A stretch of 63,924 nt of DNA, filler included, from Nemertoderma westbladi (Eukaryota > Animalia > Xenacoelomorpha), in assembly GCA_032718475.1 (NCBI GenBank). It is 3 parts of 3 records of this genome, joined end to end, with 100 filler letters (N's around TTAATTAATTAA, not from the genome) between each part and the next. Parts side by side here need not be neighbours in the genome. Positions count along the whole stretch, not along the records: positions 43,848 to 63,924 come from JAUCBJ010006046.1; 2 more parts are not named here. One strand, written 5' to 3'. Under the pieces are notes generated by a model. That model saw only the letters and a program-made list of their open reading frames with translations. It ran no database searches and had not been told where the DNA came from. Of the stretch, positions 62,583 to 63,924 are shown piece after piece. The position numbers and the translations under genes were made by a program. The number at the start of each line of letters is the position of its first letter. The stretch's first letter is position 1.

Positions 62583-63626
62583 ATGGCACATTCAGAAATC
62601 AGCTATTCAAGCAACGATCTGGTTTGCAACGAAAATCAGTTTATGCTACAAGACAACTCGTTTGGTCTATATTTCGATCCGGCGAACAAACTCTTCCCGT
62701 TAACGATAAATACAACCTTAAACCAACCCATCCCGATTCCGGCAAACTACGCGCACTTTATTTTCCGCGCCTGCTACAAACTTCACGATGGACAATATCA
62801 AACCCTCGACGATAATAAACTTCATTCCTCCAACCACGGTTTCAAACTTTTAAAAAGGGACAACAAAATCACGTTCAATCTAACTACTTCGCCCGAGACG
62901 TTTACGATTCCAACTAGTATAGTCGATTTTATTCGAGAAAACATCAACCAAGATGTGGCAAATCGTCTACTGGGTTTAACCACTCTCGTAACCTCCTTCT
63001 TCTCCGATGATCGCTTATTTGATTTTCATAGTATCGCAAACTCGATTCTTCTTCTCATCTGGAACTCGTCGACTCCGACCGAGGAAGAGGAGACTCGTTT
63101 CTTTAAACTTTTCGACAAGGATGTTCTCGCTTTCGGCGAGAAATTGAATGAGCTCACATGCTTTTTCGCCAATAAAGTCTCCTATTACTTTGGATTCAAT
63201 TATAGAGTTGGCACCTATGGAAGTATTAACCCAGTGAAACCACTCGAGTTAATAAAGCTGGAAGACACGGTAAACAGTTCATGGATCACATTTTCCGTCG
63301 CCTGCACCAATTTATTTCAACAATATGTAAACATCTGTCGCTCTTTTATTAATCCTACTACTCACCTTGTCCTAAAACCGGGTAATTGGGTTGCTTTTGA
63401 CTATTGCACTTTTGGGTTTGTTACAAATATTCGGAACGAGCGCAATTTAGCGATCACCAATGGCTACGAGGTTGACGATGGAAAGCAAACACACCTTAAT
63501 CTATTTCACCCCCCAAGAAAAGGCTATCTCAACAATCTATTAAAGAGAAAATTATCGCAACCATTAATAGTATTGGACCCTAAAAGGGTTAAACCAGTTA
63601 TTCTCGGAGGCCAGCAACCCTATTAA
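62583..63626 (+). CDS. Uncharacterised intronless 347-aa protein with a C-terminal basic NLS-like segment
   Basis: Long stop-free ORF in AT-rich DNA. ACGATGG Kozak context, upstream promoter motifs, and KRKL..PKRVK near the C-terminus. No family was recognised. Confidence 0.7.
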   Translation: MAHSEISYSSNDLVCNENQFMLQDNSFGLYFDPANKLFPLTINTTLNQPIPIPANYAHFIFRACYKLHDGQYQTLDDNKLHSSNHGFKLLKRDNKITFNLTTSPETFTIPTSIVDFIRENINQDVANRLLGLTTLVTSFFSDDRLFDFHSIANSILLLIWNSSTPTEEEETRFFKLFDKDVLAFGEKLNELTCFFANKVSYYFGFNYRVGTYGSINPVKPLELIKLEDTVNSSWITFSVACTNLFQQYVNICRSFINPTTHLVLKPGNWVAFDYCTFGFVTNIRNERNLAITNGYEVDDGKQTHLNLFHPPRKGYLNNLLKRKLSQPLIVLDPKRVKPVILGGQQPY

Positions 63627-63924
63627 TATAAACAGTCTCTATTTATCAAAAACTGTTCTGATTATATCTTTTGTTATTGTTGATGTTCTTATATTATTTA
63701 TTATTAATGTTGTTGGTAAATTATTTATCCGTTGTTGTTATATTATTTAATATTGATGTTGTTGGTAAATTATTTATTCTTGTTTCCCCATATTGTTTAA
63801 AAAATATAAGATGTTTAACCGGTTATTTTTCATTTTTCTCTACTAGTTAATCTATTCTATGAGAGCGAGCCATGAAGTAAGTGAGTCTCAGCATACCATT
63901 AATGACCCTATTGCTCGCTCTTCG

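Overview
AT-rich eukaryotic DNA, almost certainly from an invertebrate animal (inferred from the gene and TE content), not prokaryotic. Three contigs are joined by artificial 100-bp linkers (44N-TTAATTAATTAA-44N at 20745-20844 and 43748-43847). The window is mostly nested transposable elements: four BEL/Pao LTR-element pieces, two Ty3/Gypsy elements (one complete with LTRs, PBS, PPT and TSD; one with an uninterrupted gag-pol ORF), CR1 and RTE-like LINEs, two Penelope-like elements, non-autonomous hAT-, piggyBac- and CMC/EnSpm-like DNA transposons, and several tandem arrays. Host-type coding sequence is limited to an intronless MCFD2-like gene, a terminal exon of an SLC32/AAAP-type transporter and a fibrinogen-domain exon. 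Three observations stand out. (1) A canonical hammerhead ribozyme sits between tRNA-type A and B boxes with a T6 terminator (60175-60276, minus strand), plus three more degenerate Penelope-type hammerheads elsewhere. (2) An orphan intronless 347-aa ORF with a compact promoter lies behind a ~500-bp scrambled palindrome (61.3-63.6 kb). (3) BEL/Pao elements show an RT-less pol and an antisense PWWP-domain ORF. All calls come from reading motifs by eye; no database searches were run.
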